Counted from the stretch's first letter, positions 10,873 to 24,679 are shown. The stretch is DNA of 64,000 bases from Raillietiella orientalis (GCA_036172245.1 JAYWIR010000011.1:1984001-2048000), one strand, 5' to 3'. Made by a program: numbers and translations. The notes: generated from the sequence alone by a model not told the origin.

Positions 10873-13800
10873 ACACACCCTCAGAGCCGCCGTCATCCAC
10901 CTCTCTTCCATTTCCAGCCGGCTCCCCTCTTCCTGCCTAGAACGCTGCCTTCCTGATACACCCTGTCTCGTGGTCTCGGGCTCGCCGCCGGGACAGCACT
11001 GCGCCTCCTTGCCGTGGAGCGTCTGGGGGAGGAGACGGGAGTGCGGAAAGCGGGCGAGAGGCGCGCCGCAGGAGGCGGGCAGGTGGGTGTGGGTGGATAA
11101 AGGAGCCTGAGGAGGAGGGACTCCCGGAGCGTCTTCTCGGGCCTTAGCAGGAGAAGCAGCGCGGATGTCCCTTTCTCCCCTTCCTTCCTCCTCTTTCTCA
11201 TCCTCTCTCGCAGGTCTCGAGCTCCCGCAGATCCTCTCCCGAGCAGATATGGAGACTGGAACACCAGCCTCCCGGAAGCGGTGAAGGAGAGCTTCCTGGG
11301 AACCTTCTCTCGCCGATACCCCTCCCTTCCTCGGGAGAACCTGAGGGGAGGTCAGCGGCGGACCTCGTCTTCTCCGTGAATGAAACAGGCGCTCTCGACA
11401 GTGCCGAAACAGGGAGGGCGAGAGGGTTCCGTGGGAGCATCGGGGGCACCTTCCTCCTGTACCTGGGGTGGGACGCAAGTGGTGACCCCCGGGGGCCTTC
11501 CAGCGTCTCGGAAGAACCTTTCTTCCACCGACAGTCCGCTCCCAAAAATCCTGGAAGGCGCTCCCTGCGCTGCGCCCAGGGTCTCTGTAGGGAAACGTTC
11601 CTCCCTTCCCCCTCCCCTCTGCTTTCGGGAGCAGCAGACCGCACGAAACTCCCTCCCCGGCTCGGTGGGAAGGAGGATCAGCATCAGGATCAGTGGTTCA
11701 AGGGGAGAGGGGAGGCGATGCCGGGACCCACCTTCACCTCGGTGTGACGCGAGCGTCCCCAGGGACCGAGGGAGGGGAGGGAGGAGGGCGCGGCGCCGTC
11801 CCCGACCGGACGCCTTTACGCGGAGTCGGATCTGTGTCCTCCCCGGGAAGGGGAGGGTCATCCCTTCCCCCTTTCTCACCTTGAGGCGTGCCGTCTTGCG
11901 ACTGACGAGCGGTCTCTCGTCGAGCAGGCTACTCCCCTCGGGGGAGGCGGACCGAGGCGGGGCCGGAGCGGTGGAGGGCGCAGGAGAAACGCCCCCGCTC
12001 ACCTCTCTCGGGAGGTGCGTCCGCTCTTCCCCGCTCCCAGTCGGAGATCCCCGGTCCCTCGCTTTAGGGAACCCGCGGGACGTACAGGTTTGAAAGGGGA
12101 TGGGGATGGGGGAGCCTCCAGCCAGGGTGCACCCCTGCGACCGCTTCTCGCGCCCTCGTTCCAGCCGGGATGGGAAACTTGAAGGAAGAGGGGGAGAAGG
12201 GCTCGTGAGTCCAGCCGACCCCGCTCACCCCCTCCCTTTTCTTCCCTCCCCCGTTCCGCTTTTCCCAGCGCGCCGCTTCTGCTCTTCCCAGGGGATGCTA
12301 GTCGCTGTGGGGAGTAGGCGGAGCAAATGGGACGCGGGGGAGCGCGCAAGCGGCAGAGCTCCAAGTTCCCGTAGTGTTGCCGTAGATACTGCTCTCGCTT
12401 CCTCGCGACTGCTGCGACGGACGTGGGGCAGGGGCCCGCGTGATGGAGGCGATAGCGGACAAAGCCTCCCCTGCGCTTTCCCCCTTCCCATCTGCCCAGA
12501 GGGAGTGCAGGGAACTCCGTTCTCCGGGACGGGGGGGTTCTCGGGAAACCAAAGGATGACGACTCCAGGATCCTCGCGCCCCCCCCCCTTCCCCTATTTT
12601 TCCCTACCTCCCCCCCCTGCGGCACCAGCCAGCCCTGTGCCTCTCCCCGGTTGTCCATTCCCAAACGAGACAGGCGGCGGCGCTGCCTCTTCGGGCAGAT
12701 CGGCGGCGCGACGCTGCGCCCCGCGGGCGCGGAAGGCGGCCGCGGATGACGGCGGCGGCGGCGGCAGTTGCAGGGGAAGGGCGAAGGCGATCAGATGGAA
12801 CGGGCGCTCCGGCCACCGCCTATTGGTCCAGGCTCGTCCGCTGACCAATGCGAGCGGAGGAAACGCTAGAGGGTTCACCCCAACGGGCACAGCCCTTGGA
12901 CGGACCCGCCCACACCCACCCGCACGAGAGCATTCCGAAGGGGGAGAAGGAAGGGAGCGGTGGTCAGGAGAGGGAAGGGGGAGGGACTGGAAGGGACGCA
13001 GAGGGCGGTCCAAAGAGCCGAGGGAAACGCACGCGCGACAGCTCGCTCGCGCAGTGACGACAGAGGGGAGTACCCCCTCCTTCCGAAAAGAGAAAAAATA
13101 ATAAAAGAGGGAGGGGAGGGGGGGAAAGAAGAGGCGACCGCCCCAGGCATCTTCTTTGCATCACTGTGCGTAGCGAGAGATGCCTGCAGGGCGTTCGCCC
13201 TCGCTGCGGATCGCCGACCCGAGGACTTTCTCGCGACCGACCCAGGGAGAGATCTCCGCCACGGATGCTGCGAGGCTCCGCATCTTCGGGAGAGAGCCGC
13301 GCCAGAAGCGATCGTCTCCCGAGGACGACCTCGACCTGGAGGATGGAAGCGAAGGTCTTCTGCCTCGTCGGACCTCAGGGAAGACAACCCATACGGTCAT
13401 TTCCGCAGTCTCCTCTCCACCCGGTGTCCAAAGGCAAGGCAGAGGTCACGCTCGACCGAAACCTCCACTCTCCCCTCACATCCCGCTGGGTCATGTTGCA
13501 GGGAGTCGAGGGCGCTCCTCCTTGGTCCAAGATGACTTCTTCGCAGAAGCGGACGCCCCCTCGCGTGGGAATCGCCCAGATACACTGGGTGCTCCCGCGA
13601 ACTGGCTTTCAGGGCGCTGCTTCGCTCGCCCAGAGACGCGCAGAGGGGGTGGAGAGGAGGAAAAGGAGCTTCAGATATACAGACCCCTGGAGAAACGAGG
13701 ACGTCATCGCCGAGCACTTGACATCCTCACCAGCATCTGGACAGAAAATGGATGACCAGACAGAGCGGATTGTGCTCCCCCCTCCCCGAAGACGTGCCTC

Positions 13801-14350
13801 TGAGGGCCTCATCAGTTCGAAGCGAGCTCTCCCTGGGGGCGAACGCAGCAGGTGAAGCTGGTGGCGAGCGGCACGGGAAGTCGGCCCCGACAAAAGAGAA
13901 GAACGACTGACGGCGGTACTTGGCCCCGCAGCATTCCCTTCCGATCACGTGCCGGCCCTTCCGCTTGCGACCACAGAGGGCCAGCAGAGGCGCTCCGAAT
14001 CACTGCAGCCCCTACCACTCGACCGATCTTCCACCTTGCACCACCACCTACCGCACCGGGAGACGCCCTGCGGGCACCGCCACCTCCCTCTGTTCCCTCC
14101 ACCCTCCCGGTTTGCAAACGAAGGCAGCACCAGATGTGTGCCATTAGTTGCGATCCAAACTACCGAGCGAGCCCCACAACGCGCGAGGCCCTCCTCTATA
14201 TTTCGGAGGCACGCGTACGGACCCTCGACGGGTAAACACCGCGAAGCGACCGGATACGTCTGGGCTCACACGTCTAGAAGGGATGGCTCATGGGTGAGGT
14301 GCTGCAGGACGGCAACCCTCGATCACGATGTGCTCGGAAATAGGGGTGAC

Positions 14351-14763
14351 GGTCCCGAAGGAGGCGCCTTCTGCGGGCGCGAGGACATGGGGCGTCGCCA
14401 CCCTCCTCCCCTCCCTGAAATTCCAAGAGGACGGAGAGGGAGGCACGCGGCGGCGGCACCTTTTCTCGTGGAGGTCGCCGCGTTCCCGAGGGAGATGCAG
14501 CCGCCGAAACGGAGGAGGCAGTCCTGAGTATGGACCCTCCAGCTGCAGGAGGAGCTCGCATAGGGTCCTTCGAGCAAGGCACCGAGTTGCCGAAAGCGGT
14601 GGGTCTCTCTTTCGCATCGGAGCGCCGTGATCCGTCGGCGTCCCATCGTCAGGAGAGATGATAGCTCTTTTCCTCCTGCTCTCGCTGAAGCCTTGGAGGG
14701 ATGGATGCCAGCATCAAAGCGAAGCGGTGAGGCGTCACGCCCCAAGAGGCACAGACATCCCGA
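14351..14763 (+). repeat. direct repeat, copy 1 (copy 2 at 45690-46103)
   Basis: The core gaaattccaagaggacggagagggaggcacgc...gaggcgtcacgc is shared with few mismatches. Confidence 0.92.
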
Positions 14764-14879
14764 GTTCCTCCTCCTTAGTGAGCCGTGGCAGACCGCGCGG
14801 TGATCCCGGAGGAGGAGAGGGGCGTTTGGGTGACCACGAACTTCTGGATGCTGCAGGTCTTTCTGGCTTGGGGCCTCGC

Positions 14880-15130
14880 TAGGACATAAGGACCGCCTGT
14901 CACCGCGTGCGCTCCCAGGCATCCAAGGTGGCTCCTGGGTCGGGGACAGCGCCGTGCTGGACGCGTCGTCCCTCGTCTTTTCCAAGTGGAGGGATGGCAA
15001 CATTCTCAGGGGCTCTATTCCAGAAACGGGAGAAGCGGACCGACGGCGCCCTCGTGCAGCGACTGCAGCCGTGCCTACGAAGGGAACTCGAACAGCTAGG
15101 AAGGATGATGGCCACAGTCCACCCTCCGCC
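14880..15130 (+). mobile_element. decayed non-LTR retrotransposon RT (domains 0-1)
   Basis: Frame-switching motifs KVAPGSG (~KAPGPDG), WRDGNIL (~WRDATIV), LFQKREKRTD (~LFKKGDRSD), QLGRMMATV (~GKILARI). Confidence 0.4.
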
Positions 15131-15221
15131 GTTGTTGCGTTGCGCTTCGAAATAGGTTGCCCGAAATGGGATGCGGATTCCGCTGTCCCCGATACTCTGT
15201 GGGTCCACACTCGAGATCGTC

Positions 15222-17177
15222 GCGCAAGTCACTCCGGGAGAGACGCGCGGCGGGCACCGCCGACACCTCCCTCCGTGCCCTCAGCCTGCCCGGCTTGCAG
15301 ACGCAGGGAGTGCCAGATGCACTCCAGCAGTTGCGATCGAAACTTCCGAGCGAGCCCCATCCCATCACCCTATTTCCGAGCACATCGTGATCGAGGGTTG
15401 CCATCCTGCAGCACCTCACCCATGAGCCTCCCTTCGAGACGTGTGCGCCCAGACCCCGTTCGATTCCTCGCAAGATTCGGGGCAAGGATTGCCCGCAGCC
15501 TGCGACGCTTCCTCCACCCGTCCTGGTTGCCCGGGGACTGGTCCGCGAAGGGCGCTCAAGAATGAGGGGAAGGAAGGGTGGAAATGGCATCCCGCGTCGA
15601 GGCGAGCTCTTTAGCGACGTTCGAACCACCTCAGCATTTCCCCTCGGCGCCAGCTGGCTTCCTCCGTTGCGCCAGGGCTGCGCGCTTGAGGTCCAGCGTT
15701 GCCCGCCGGGGCCGAACGCAGCTCGCCTCCGCCCAAAGTCACGGCTGGGTAGGTGCGTACCCGGTAGCTTCGAGGTGTCCACCCGTCGAGGGCCCGTAGA
15801 CGCCCCGGCAGCGCCGGAGGCCCCATCCTCTCCGGCAGTTGGCTCCGAGCGTCTTCCTCCGACCGCCGACTCTCGCGGAACGCCGTCGCCCTCGCCGCAC
15901 CGAAGAGCCGATGGCGGCCGCGCGCGACGGCGCCCGGCCTCTTCCTGAGGGTGAGGGAGAAAGCGCACGGTGGGCCGGCCATCTCCCGCTCCTGTTGACG
16001 TCGCGCGCGCGCGCCGGTGCGCCTTCGAGCCACGCTGCCGGTGCGCCTTCGAGCGGACGGCGGCGCGCGCACAGTCGGCGTCGTTCTCGCGGTTGCCGCT
16101 GGCGCATGCATCCCCTCTTCGGCTCACTGACACGCACCCCCGGCTGGCAGCCACCTGAGCACGTGCGTGCCGCCCTCTGCAGGCAACTTTCTTCCGCTCC
16201 TTCTTCCGCGGGTTTCGTGGCCTCCTTCGCAACCTCCTTCGCAAGAAGGGGCGGGAAGCTGCGAGCACGTTCTGCGACTCGGTCCGTCCGCCTGCCTGCG
16301 CCTCGGCTCAGTACGGGGGTCGATCGACTCCCGTCCAGGAACGAAGCGCCGTCTTCGCGTTTCCGGAAGGGGGAGGGCGAGTTCCAATGTGGCTGGTGCC
16401 GTGCGCTCGCGCGCTTCGCAGGGTGCTCGCACCGTCGGTGCCGTGCGTGCGCCCACGGAACAGCGCTGCGTGCAGCAGCGGCAAGTGAGCTCGCTGGTGC
16501 CGCGCAGGCGCGCGCAGAGGGAATCGTCCTCCGAGAAGGTCTGCTTCCTTCGGTGTCAGCTGGAAGAAGCGGGAGCTCGAAAGGGTGCGACTTTGCCATG
16601 CCTCACCCGACCTTTCCAGACAAACCTTCAGCGGCTCTCGCCGTTGCGAAGCTCCAGCGAGTGCCGCTAGGGACGCCTCCCCCGATCGTAGCTTCCGCTG
16701 CTGCATCTTCGCGGAGTGCTCGGTTTCTCCTCGCTCCCGCGGGTGGAGGGACCGCGAGCTGGTCCGACTCTTGCCACCGCATCTCCCTTCCCTTGCCAAC
16801 CGGCTCAACTGTCGAAAGTCTTCTTCCGGCCCTGCGTGTGCGTGCGTTTGCGGCAGCGGTGGACAGCCGGAGAAGGCAAGCGGTCAGCAGGAGTGCCGTC
16901 AGGCAATCTGTGTTTTATTGCAACGCGTCCTGTTGCTCTGCTTTGCGAGGCGGTGTCCGGGAGAAGTCTCCAGCAGCCTTGCCGTCGAGTGGGGGAGGGT
17001 GGGAACACGTTTCGTGGTGTTTCGCGTGCGGACCCCGCGGCCAACACCCGCTCCTATGCTCGCCGGAAAGAAAGCTGCTAGGTCTCTCCGGCGACGCGCC
17101 TCGAGGGAGCTGCTGACTTTCGTACGCCCCCGACCTTTCGATCCGTGCTCCTGCTGGCTGTTTGCCTTGCAAGAATG
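15222..17177. repeat. long inverted repeat, left arm
   Basis: Reverse complement of 43731-45686. The 425-aa and 286-aa ORFs are identical in both arms; I found only two substitutions outside the outer ~40 bp. Confidence 0.97.
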
Positions 17178-17479
17178 GTTTCTTGTTGTGCTTTGCTGGA
17201 GCTTACTGAATGGAGCTGTGATGGCTGATAAAGGTGCTCTCATGAAACTGGCCCACAAGATGCAAGGGGTGGTCTAATGGAAAAGAAGTATTTGGAACTG
17301 GGTACTGGAGAGGAGATCGCGTCTTCTTGGGAGCATCTCCCCCCTCCCCTCCCCGATTCTAAAGGCTTAAAACGGGAAGTTTCATTCGCTTAGCCGTCGA
17401 GGCTGCGGTAGCAACTTTTACCTCTCCTGAAGAACCTCTCACGGGGGCGAGGGGAAGATGAAGACGTGCTCGCAGGCCC

Positions 17480-18200
17480 CCACTGACTGAGACCCGGGTG
17501 ATGATGGAGCAGCAGCAGTAAGTGCAAACCTGAGATTGGATGCGTGTGGTGTCTGCAGAGTGCCCGGAACAGGACGCAAGGTCCCCGCTCCCCAATGGGG
17601 CCGTGAAGCACGCATGTTGTTCCCGATTCCATAAAACACAGGGCCAGACCACAGACCTCATTTGGAGGGGTCCCACACGCCTTCTTCTTAAGCAACGGTT
17701 GAATGCGTCTTTTGGGGACCCCTGAGAGTCCAGTCACCTTTTCCGCCCCTTCCGTGTAGGACGATTCCTTTGGGTTGCCATTGCGCGTTTCTCTAAGGAA
17801 AAAAAACTCTGCGGGTGCCACAAACTACGCTTCTTTCCCCCACTTGGAGGTGGTGACTTTATCGAAAGATGCGGGCGCTGCACACGCACGCGCGCATCTG
17901 CAGAGACGTTGGAAGGGAACCGCAGCCGCCGCCCGCGGGCTGGGGGAAGCCCATTGAGAATCGACGGCTCCACGGGCAGGTCGCATGGCCCCGACTCGCT
18001 CCCGCGCTCTCCGTCAGGTGGGCCTTCCCGATCAAGGGAAACGAAGAAACAACCCTGGTGCCCCACTCCACGCCGACGGGACCGCCTGCTCGAATCGGGG
18101 ACAGCTCGTTCTGGCAGGAGGAGCAGAGATATTCCATACTCCGCAACCTCCCTCGCTCTCCCCTCACTGCGAAACTGGGAGATCGAATCACTCGGTTCCT
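17480..18200 (+). mobile_element. decayed LINE RT (domains 0-3)
   Basis: RSPLPNG (~KSPGPDG), LKQRLNASF (~L..LFN), VSLRKKNSAGATNYASFPHLEVV (~VPLHKKG...NYRPISLL.V). Confidence 0.45.
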
Positions 18201-18259
18201 GCTCTCCGAAAAAAGATGCTTCTTCACCTTCTCGGAGCACGCAGCAGTCCTCTCTTTAA

Positions 18260-18506
18260 GTCATCTTCACGGGTATCACTGATTCATTGTGATCCTCATG
18301 GTTGCCGTATTCACTGTCGTCACCTTCGTTGTTATCTGCAGGGCTATCGTATGCTCGCTGCCATGTTCATGGCTATCATATCCATCGCTGTCATCTTCAC
18401 TGCTATCTGCATGGTTGTCATATTCATGGTCATGGCTGTCGTCTTCATTGTCATCTTCACTATTGCCATATTCCTCCCTGTCGTGTGCATTGCTGTCCTC
18501 ACTGCC
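18260..18506 (-). repeat. triplet-periodic repeat reading as an Asp/Glu/Ser/His-rich peptide, with one frameshift
   Basis: GSEDSNAHDREEYGNSEDDNEDDSHDHEYDNHADSSEDDSDGYDSHEHGSEH / YDSPADNNEGDDSEYGNHEDHNES; recurrent tcatcttcac unit on +. Confidence 0.65.
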
Positions 18507-20829
18507 TCACCGGTTGCCGGGTAGCAGCGTGTTGCGCCGTTCAGCGACGTCCCGCAGCGTCGATCCCGTGCATTCGCGCGGCACCACCGAGGCAGCTCCC
18601 ACGCGCACACATGAAACTGCTGATCCGCGCAACCGGAGGGCCTTCTGCGCGGCAGGGTCGACGCCGGCTGCCATCTGCGACATGAGCGTCATGTGGCATC
18701 GGCTTTTGCAGCGGGTGATCTCCATTGCAGGAAGGAACTGTAGCTCTTTCGCGAGAAGAGCCGTTTGGAGCGAGAGAACGGCGTGCGCACCGTTCCGAGG
18801 CGGGGATGAACGGGGATGAAGGGTCCGGGAAAAGCGCACCTTCAACGGTTGCTCGCCCACGCGACCTCCTCGCAGCCCTGAGGAGCTGAGGCTCCAAGGA
18901 TCGAAAAAACAGTAGCGACGAGAGAGAAACGGTGAGGACAACAAAAAGAATGCGAAGAGGAAGGAACGGATTCTTAGGGAGTGCAGCTCGCCGGGAGCCA
19001 CGGAGGAATCGGGGGAAAGGCGGAGCAGTGCGATTCCTGAGGTATCTTCTTTCGTTCCTTGTCTCCCTGCAAGCTGCACTCGCACGAGCGACTACGCTCT
19101 TGTGAGTGGCGGCAGGAACTCCAAGCGCGCTCGGCGATCCATGAGGATGTTGATGACTTTTTCTCCCTGCCTCTCCTAAGCGTTGCGACTGGCTCTGCTG
19201 GCATGCTTGCGGAGGAGGAGTTTCGCCGAAGATCCCTTGCATTCCCGATCCCTCAGCCAGTCAGCTTGGAAGGACGGCCTTCTTGACGACCTCCGCCCTA
19301 CTACTCAGGCACCTCGGTCGCTGCCGTCCAAACGCACCCTGCTTCCTGTATCTGGAAGAAGCTGCGTGTTAGGACGCTCACCAAAAGGTCATGTTGTTCG
19401 TATTGCTCTCAGCGCAAGCGCAAAGCCTGCTTATAAAGGCTACCAGGTCCGCCTTTGGGGATGGGAGCTTTCCCGTGATTTCCTGGTAACGCGCTCTCCG
19501 CGAGTTTCAAGGATGAGGGAAGGCAGAATCTGAAGGCTGGAAAGAACGTTCCAGAACCTGAGACCAGATTCGGTCACAAGAAAGAAAGAACGAGATGAGT
19601 CATCTTTTCAGATGCAGCGGTTTCGCAGCAAAGGAAGAGCGGAGGGTGGAAACTCCCCGAAGCATCGTCGGATTAATGACGACGCGACTGAATGGGATGG
19701 GGGCTCGGGAAAGAGATCGTTGGCTAGGCGTCAAGAAGATGAGAGGGCGGAAGTGCGTGCGCCGCTGTCCGCGCGATGGGCAGCTTCCTTTAGGAATGGA
19801 CCCGATGACCGCCGCCGCCACCACCTTTCCAGTGACTGCGGTCGAACGGTGACCTCCATTCAACGATCCCGCCGCCTCTGGAGGCGTCGGTCCAGACCTC
19901 GCACCAGGCTCTTCGGGAAGCCGACCCGTTCCGAAAGTCGGCGCGAAAAGATTTTTTCATTCCTCCTGCATCCCTGAGGTTTCCAGGCGAACTTTGCCCG
20001 TGACCTCGGTTCGCCAAGGCGGCAGACCTCGCATGCCGGCCGAAGCAGGGCTGGGCACGCCGGGGCACGGCGACCTACGGCGAGAGCTCTACGGGTGACG
20101 GATGCTAACGGATGACGTAAGTGAGGCTGGCACAGGGAGATTCACCTGGCAGGCTGCCGAACACGGCTGTCGTTGAGGGAACGCCGCCTCCAAGGAATCG
20201 AAACGATAGCGGCGGTATTTTGGGGGCAACCAAGAGACGAAAACACCTCATCCCCTCAGGGCAAAGAACGATCAAGGGCGCCGGACCACGAAAGCAATCA
20301 GAAGCCGGGCGATCAAAGTGCGCGGAAACAAAACAGACTCCCGGAATCCCCCCGATGACCACGTGGAAGAGGTCGATGCCGACTGTGCGAAGGCGGGGCT
20401 CCCCCCCGCTTACAGGGCATCCACACCCGGAAGTTCCCTGCAGGAAGCGGCCCCACGTCTCGGAGCGGCATTCCCATTTCGCTCGGAAGGAGGCGGACCC
20501 AGGGGGACTCTCCGACGACCCAGTACACCCCGACCGCCGCAGCTCTTGGCCTCCCTAGGCCTCTCACAGACTTCAAAGTTGCCTCCGGCGCATGCGCGCC
20601 GTCGGCACTCGCGTGTGGCGGCGCGCGTCGAGGTCGCATCCCGGCTCTCTGAATCGAGGGGGAGGGCACCTCGGAAGCAGCGGGCCACTGAGGGGGAGGA
20701 GCGCTTCGAGGAAGCCGAGGTCGCTCTGGAAGTCTCTCCTCGACGGTCCGGTCTTTCCCTCCCCTTCCTCCCCCTTCCAGATTCCCTTCGGGCGCGCCAG
20801 AAACGAACCAGAAGAACTGTTTCCGAAGC

Positions 20830-21070
20830 GGAGTGCCCGCAACTGCCAGCCAGGACAGGGTTGCGCGGATCCTTTCTGACCCCCGATGCTGGAGCTCTCG
20901 CCGATTTCCCGTTCGGCTTTGCCTCAGGGAAGGGCAGACAGGTGTGAGAGTGCTGCGAGGGGGGGGAGGGTCCGAGCGCTTTGGCCGGTGCAGGGGATAC
21001 GGGTGGAGGGAGAGGAAGGAGCGATTCCTTCCCGCTTGTCCAGAGTCGGGTTCCCGGAACTGCGAAACGA
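20830..21070 (+). mobile_element. possible decayed LINE C-terminal CCHC region
   Basis: QLPARTGLRGSF (~QLRTGH..F) and RCRGYGWRERKERFLPACP (~CR.CG...E...H.L..CP). Confidence 0.3.
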
Positions 21071-24000
21071 TCCGGGTGGGCGCCATGACGACCGTCCGCA
21101 GCCTGTGAGGATCCTCCCTCCTGCGTGCTCCCTGCTCCCCCTTCCTCGTGAGGGACCACCACCGCCCAGGAGGCGAGGAGCAGATTCTCCACCACTCTTC
21201 GCCGACCGCGTCCGTTGCCAGGGCGACTCATCCTACTCCGTCACTGAGGTTATCTCTCGGTGCCTGGCCGCTGCTCGCTTCTTTCCATTGGTCGTAAAAC
21301 ATAAAAAAAAAAAAGCCTCCCAGGCGATTTCATTGAGCAGTCGGAGGCTGCGAGAGATCGACAGCTTCCGCATCTCCTGTCATCAGCACCCTCACGAGAA
21401 CGCGCGCCACGCGGAAGCCACCCCCGCCAGCCCCGCATCTGCGAAGGAGCTCCGCGCAAGGAGGAGGGGAAGGGGAGGAGCCCGCAAAGGGAGGACCCTC
21501 GCGCGGAAAGGGAGAAAACTTATAGATGTTCTGCGGCCCCCGGGTTTCGGGAGCACCTCGAGACGTCGTCGTCTGCGTGCGGCAGGATTTAGGCGGGTTC
21601 CTTCCTTCCCCTCCCCTGTCTTCCCCTGCCCCACCTCACTCCCCCTCCTCCTCGCCCCTTGCGCGCGCGCCCTGCCCGGTGCCGTCCATTCTTTCATGGA
21701 AACGTCGCCGCGCGGCGGCACGCTCGCGCGAGCGCGCCTAGGAGCCCCGCACGACCAGTCCGCGAGAGGGCGCGCGCGCGGCAAAACGCACGCGCAGGTA
21801 GCTGCCTCGCTGCGCTCGCAGCTGCGTGCACTCCGAGTCGTCCGGTCACACCAAAGCGATCCCCTTTTCCGTTCCCATCCCCGGGGAATCACGCCCGTGG
21901 ACAAGTAGGTCCTGCTCGACCGGTGGAGCGACCGCACCCCGAATTCAGCCCTTGCGCGCGCGCTTCGTGGACCCGTCGGTTCCACGCCCTTTTCTCGGAG
22001 GACAGGAACCGGGGAAATGAGTAGTTCCCCTTTCTCACGGAGCCAAGCCGGTGTGAAAGACAGCGCTCCGGGGGATTTCCGGGCGGTCCAGATGCTGACC
22101 GCTCCCGAGAGCGCTGCTCGGCCTCGCCGATCGGACGAGAGAGGGAGAGGCAGGCGCAGCCGCGAGCAGCAAACGAAGAGGGGCGAAGGGGGGGATGTGC
22201 CTTTTTTTTGTCAGCCGCAGATCGATGCTCCTTCGGGGCTCTTTGCGCCGTGCCGCGCAAGCTTCCTGGTTTTCTCTTTTCCGAAAGCCCCCAGCTGCTC
22301 TTCGCTGCAGACCGCTTTGAAGCAGAGGTCTCTGGAGGATTGGCTCCCCGAGTGGATCGGTCTTTAATGGAGGTGCGGAGCGGCTATGAAGAGATGAGTC
22401 TGAAACAAAGGGGTCCGGATGCCGCTCGTTCGGCGAGGATGCCACGGAACTCTTTTCTCGCATCCCCACCCTCACGGACCGAAGAAGCACCGGAGGAGGC
22501 TTCGGCTTCTTCTTTGTTGCCGCCTCGGTGCTGTTGCGTGGCTTCCGGGGGGACTGACCGCGCTCCCCTCCCCCTTCCTCATGCGCTCCGCATTACTCAC
22601 CGAAGGCGCCAGTTTGCCAGCGGTAGAGAGGGAGACCCTTCAACGACCCCGAACTGAGCACCAAAATGCCCGCCCCCCCCCCCCCTTTGCATACATGTAC
22701 AATGGTACTTCGGTACTCGCCGATAATTCGTTCCGGGTAACTCGCGACGAGTGCCGAGACCGACGAGTACCGAGCGAGTTCCTTCCTGGGATTCGTGGTA
22801 TCACTTCTAACCATTTTAGGACCTATGATTTACGATTAGAGTGCACGGAAAGCACACAAAAAGGAACGATTTGGGAGGAACTCCATGGAAGTGTGCGGCA
22901 CTGCTCGCGAGCTACCATGGAGACGGAAGCGTTCTCTTGTTTCATCACAAGAGTGGGATGTCGAGTTCCGAGCACGTGCCGAGTGTCGACACTTTTTTCT
23001 TTCCAGGCAAAACGAGACGAGCACTACTGCTTTTGGCGACGCCGACGAGCGCCGAGGCATTTGGAAAACGAGGAACGGCTCGAAAGCTCCTGCAAAAGAT
23101 GACAGGCACGCCGCGGTCCATTTTGTCTCGAGATGTTGAAGCGCGTCCGGCATCCAGGCTGAACCGAAGAAACCCGGCTCTCCGTGCGCGCGCCGCACCA
23201 GACGCGACCGCTTGAAAGACTCCCGCGGTTTCCCCTGAAGACCCTCCGGCGCTTGCGGCCCTGCCGTTCGCGGGATGGCGCGGACCACGAGTTTTCGAAA
23301 GAACGGTGCGCGCAAAAGAAGGGGTCGGCGCCCATCGGGCCACCGTCAACGAACCACCACCGTTTTCTGGAAGGTACGAGGTGCGAGTGGGGTTTTCGAA
23401 GCGTCGCGGAGCGAGGATTCATCCAGGTCGCAAGGACTGGGACGAGGCGAACTCGATCCGAGCACGCGGAACGAACCTCCCGCTCGAAAAATCCCCTGAA
23501 GGTCCCCACGCGGATCAGCGGTCCAACTTTCGACCCGGAACTGCCGGACGGGGGGGGGGGGGGGAGGGGACAATCCCTTGCTCCATCCGCCGCGAAACGG
23601 TCGGGTCGCAGGCTGCAGGGGACGAAGGTCGAGGAGGCGGAAACGACCCCGATCTGGGCGAAGCGCCCGGTCGGAAGTCCTCTCGAGTGAGGAAAGGAAG
23701 GGGGGGGGGGGGGGAATCGCGAAAACACGGAGCCATTCAGCATGTCAGAGATGTCCTCATCCGGCGATCCGGAGCCGGAGCCGGAGCCTCATCCCGCGGA
23801 GACGAGCGTCGGGGGTTCCTACTTCATCTTCTTGTCCCTTTTCTCCCGTCGCCCCTTCCGCAGTCGCCAACCGGGACTCTTCGGGAGCACGCCGAGCTCC
23901 CCCCCCCCCCTCCTTTCCGAGGAAGCAAACGGATTCTCTCATCCGAAGGCTGCAGCGAGAGTTCGGGATGACCCCGCTGAGAACGCTTTCCCTGGCGCAC

Positions 24001-24679
24001 GCGATCTCGCGAGGAGGCGTGCGGAGGCGGCGCGCCACCGCGGCCCTCTCTGGCGATCTTCCACTTGCGACGTTTGCGCGCGCGTCGGGACCAGGGATGC
24101 CGGAGGCCGTCCTACACGGCGCTCGCGCTTCCTCCGCGCTCCCGGAAAGCCGCTCGCGGGACCCGGCGCGCGCGGAGGGGCGCTGCCAAGACGCCCGCGG
24201 GAGCGAGACGGTCACACTCCGTCCTTGCCGGGCCTCCGCCGCACCAGCAGCCACCGGACCGATCGAAGCGCACCGGCGGCGGATTCGGATGCGCCCGCCT
24301 TCGCGGCGGGGCTGGCGGAAGTGGCACGCTTCTTCCTCCCTCTGAGCACCCGGCGGAAATGGACAAGCCGCTTCCGTTCCCTCCGCATCTTGAAGGACCG
24401 CGAGGCGCATCCTCGCTGTTGGCGTCGATAGCAGGTCGACGCGGTCCTCCCGCCCGCGTGCGTGCGTGCCAGAGTGCTCGCGTGCGTGCGTGCGTGCGTG
24501 CGTGCTCACGTCCGTGCGTGTCGCGGATCTCCTTCGAGCAAACACGGGGCAAAGTCCGGAGCAAAACCCAAAAAAAAAAAAAAAAAAAAGGGGGGGGGGG
24601 GGTCGGCGGGAAAATGGCCGCGGAAACTTTCCGAGAGACGACGCGTGGAAACAAAAAGAGGAGCGACTCGGTTGCGTCT

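Noticed and set aside
3631..13101. Long Arg/Gly/Pro-rich ORFs (e.g. 3631-5088, 5104-6345, 9031-10203, 12100-13101)
   Set aside because: They overlap in all six frames, are low complexity and show no domains, as expected from stop scarcity in GC-rich DNA. Several lie inside the caudal intron.
15839..17116. 425-aa ORF present in both repeat arms
   Set aside because: The identity reflects recent duplication, and there are no recognisable protein features.
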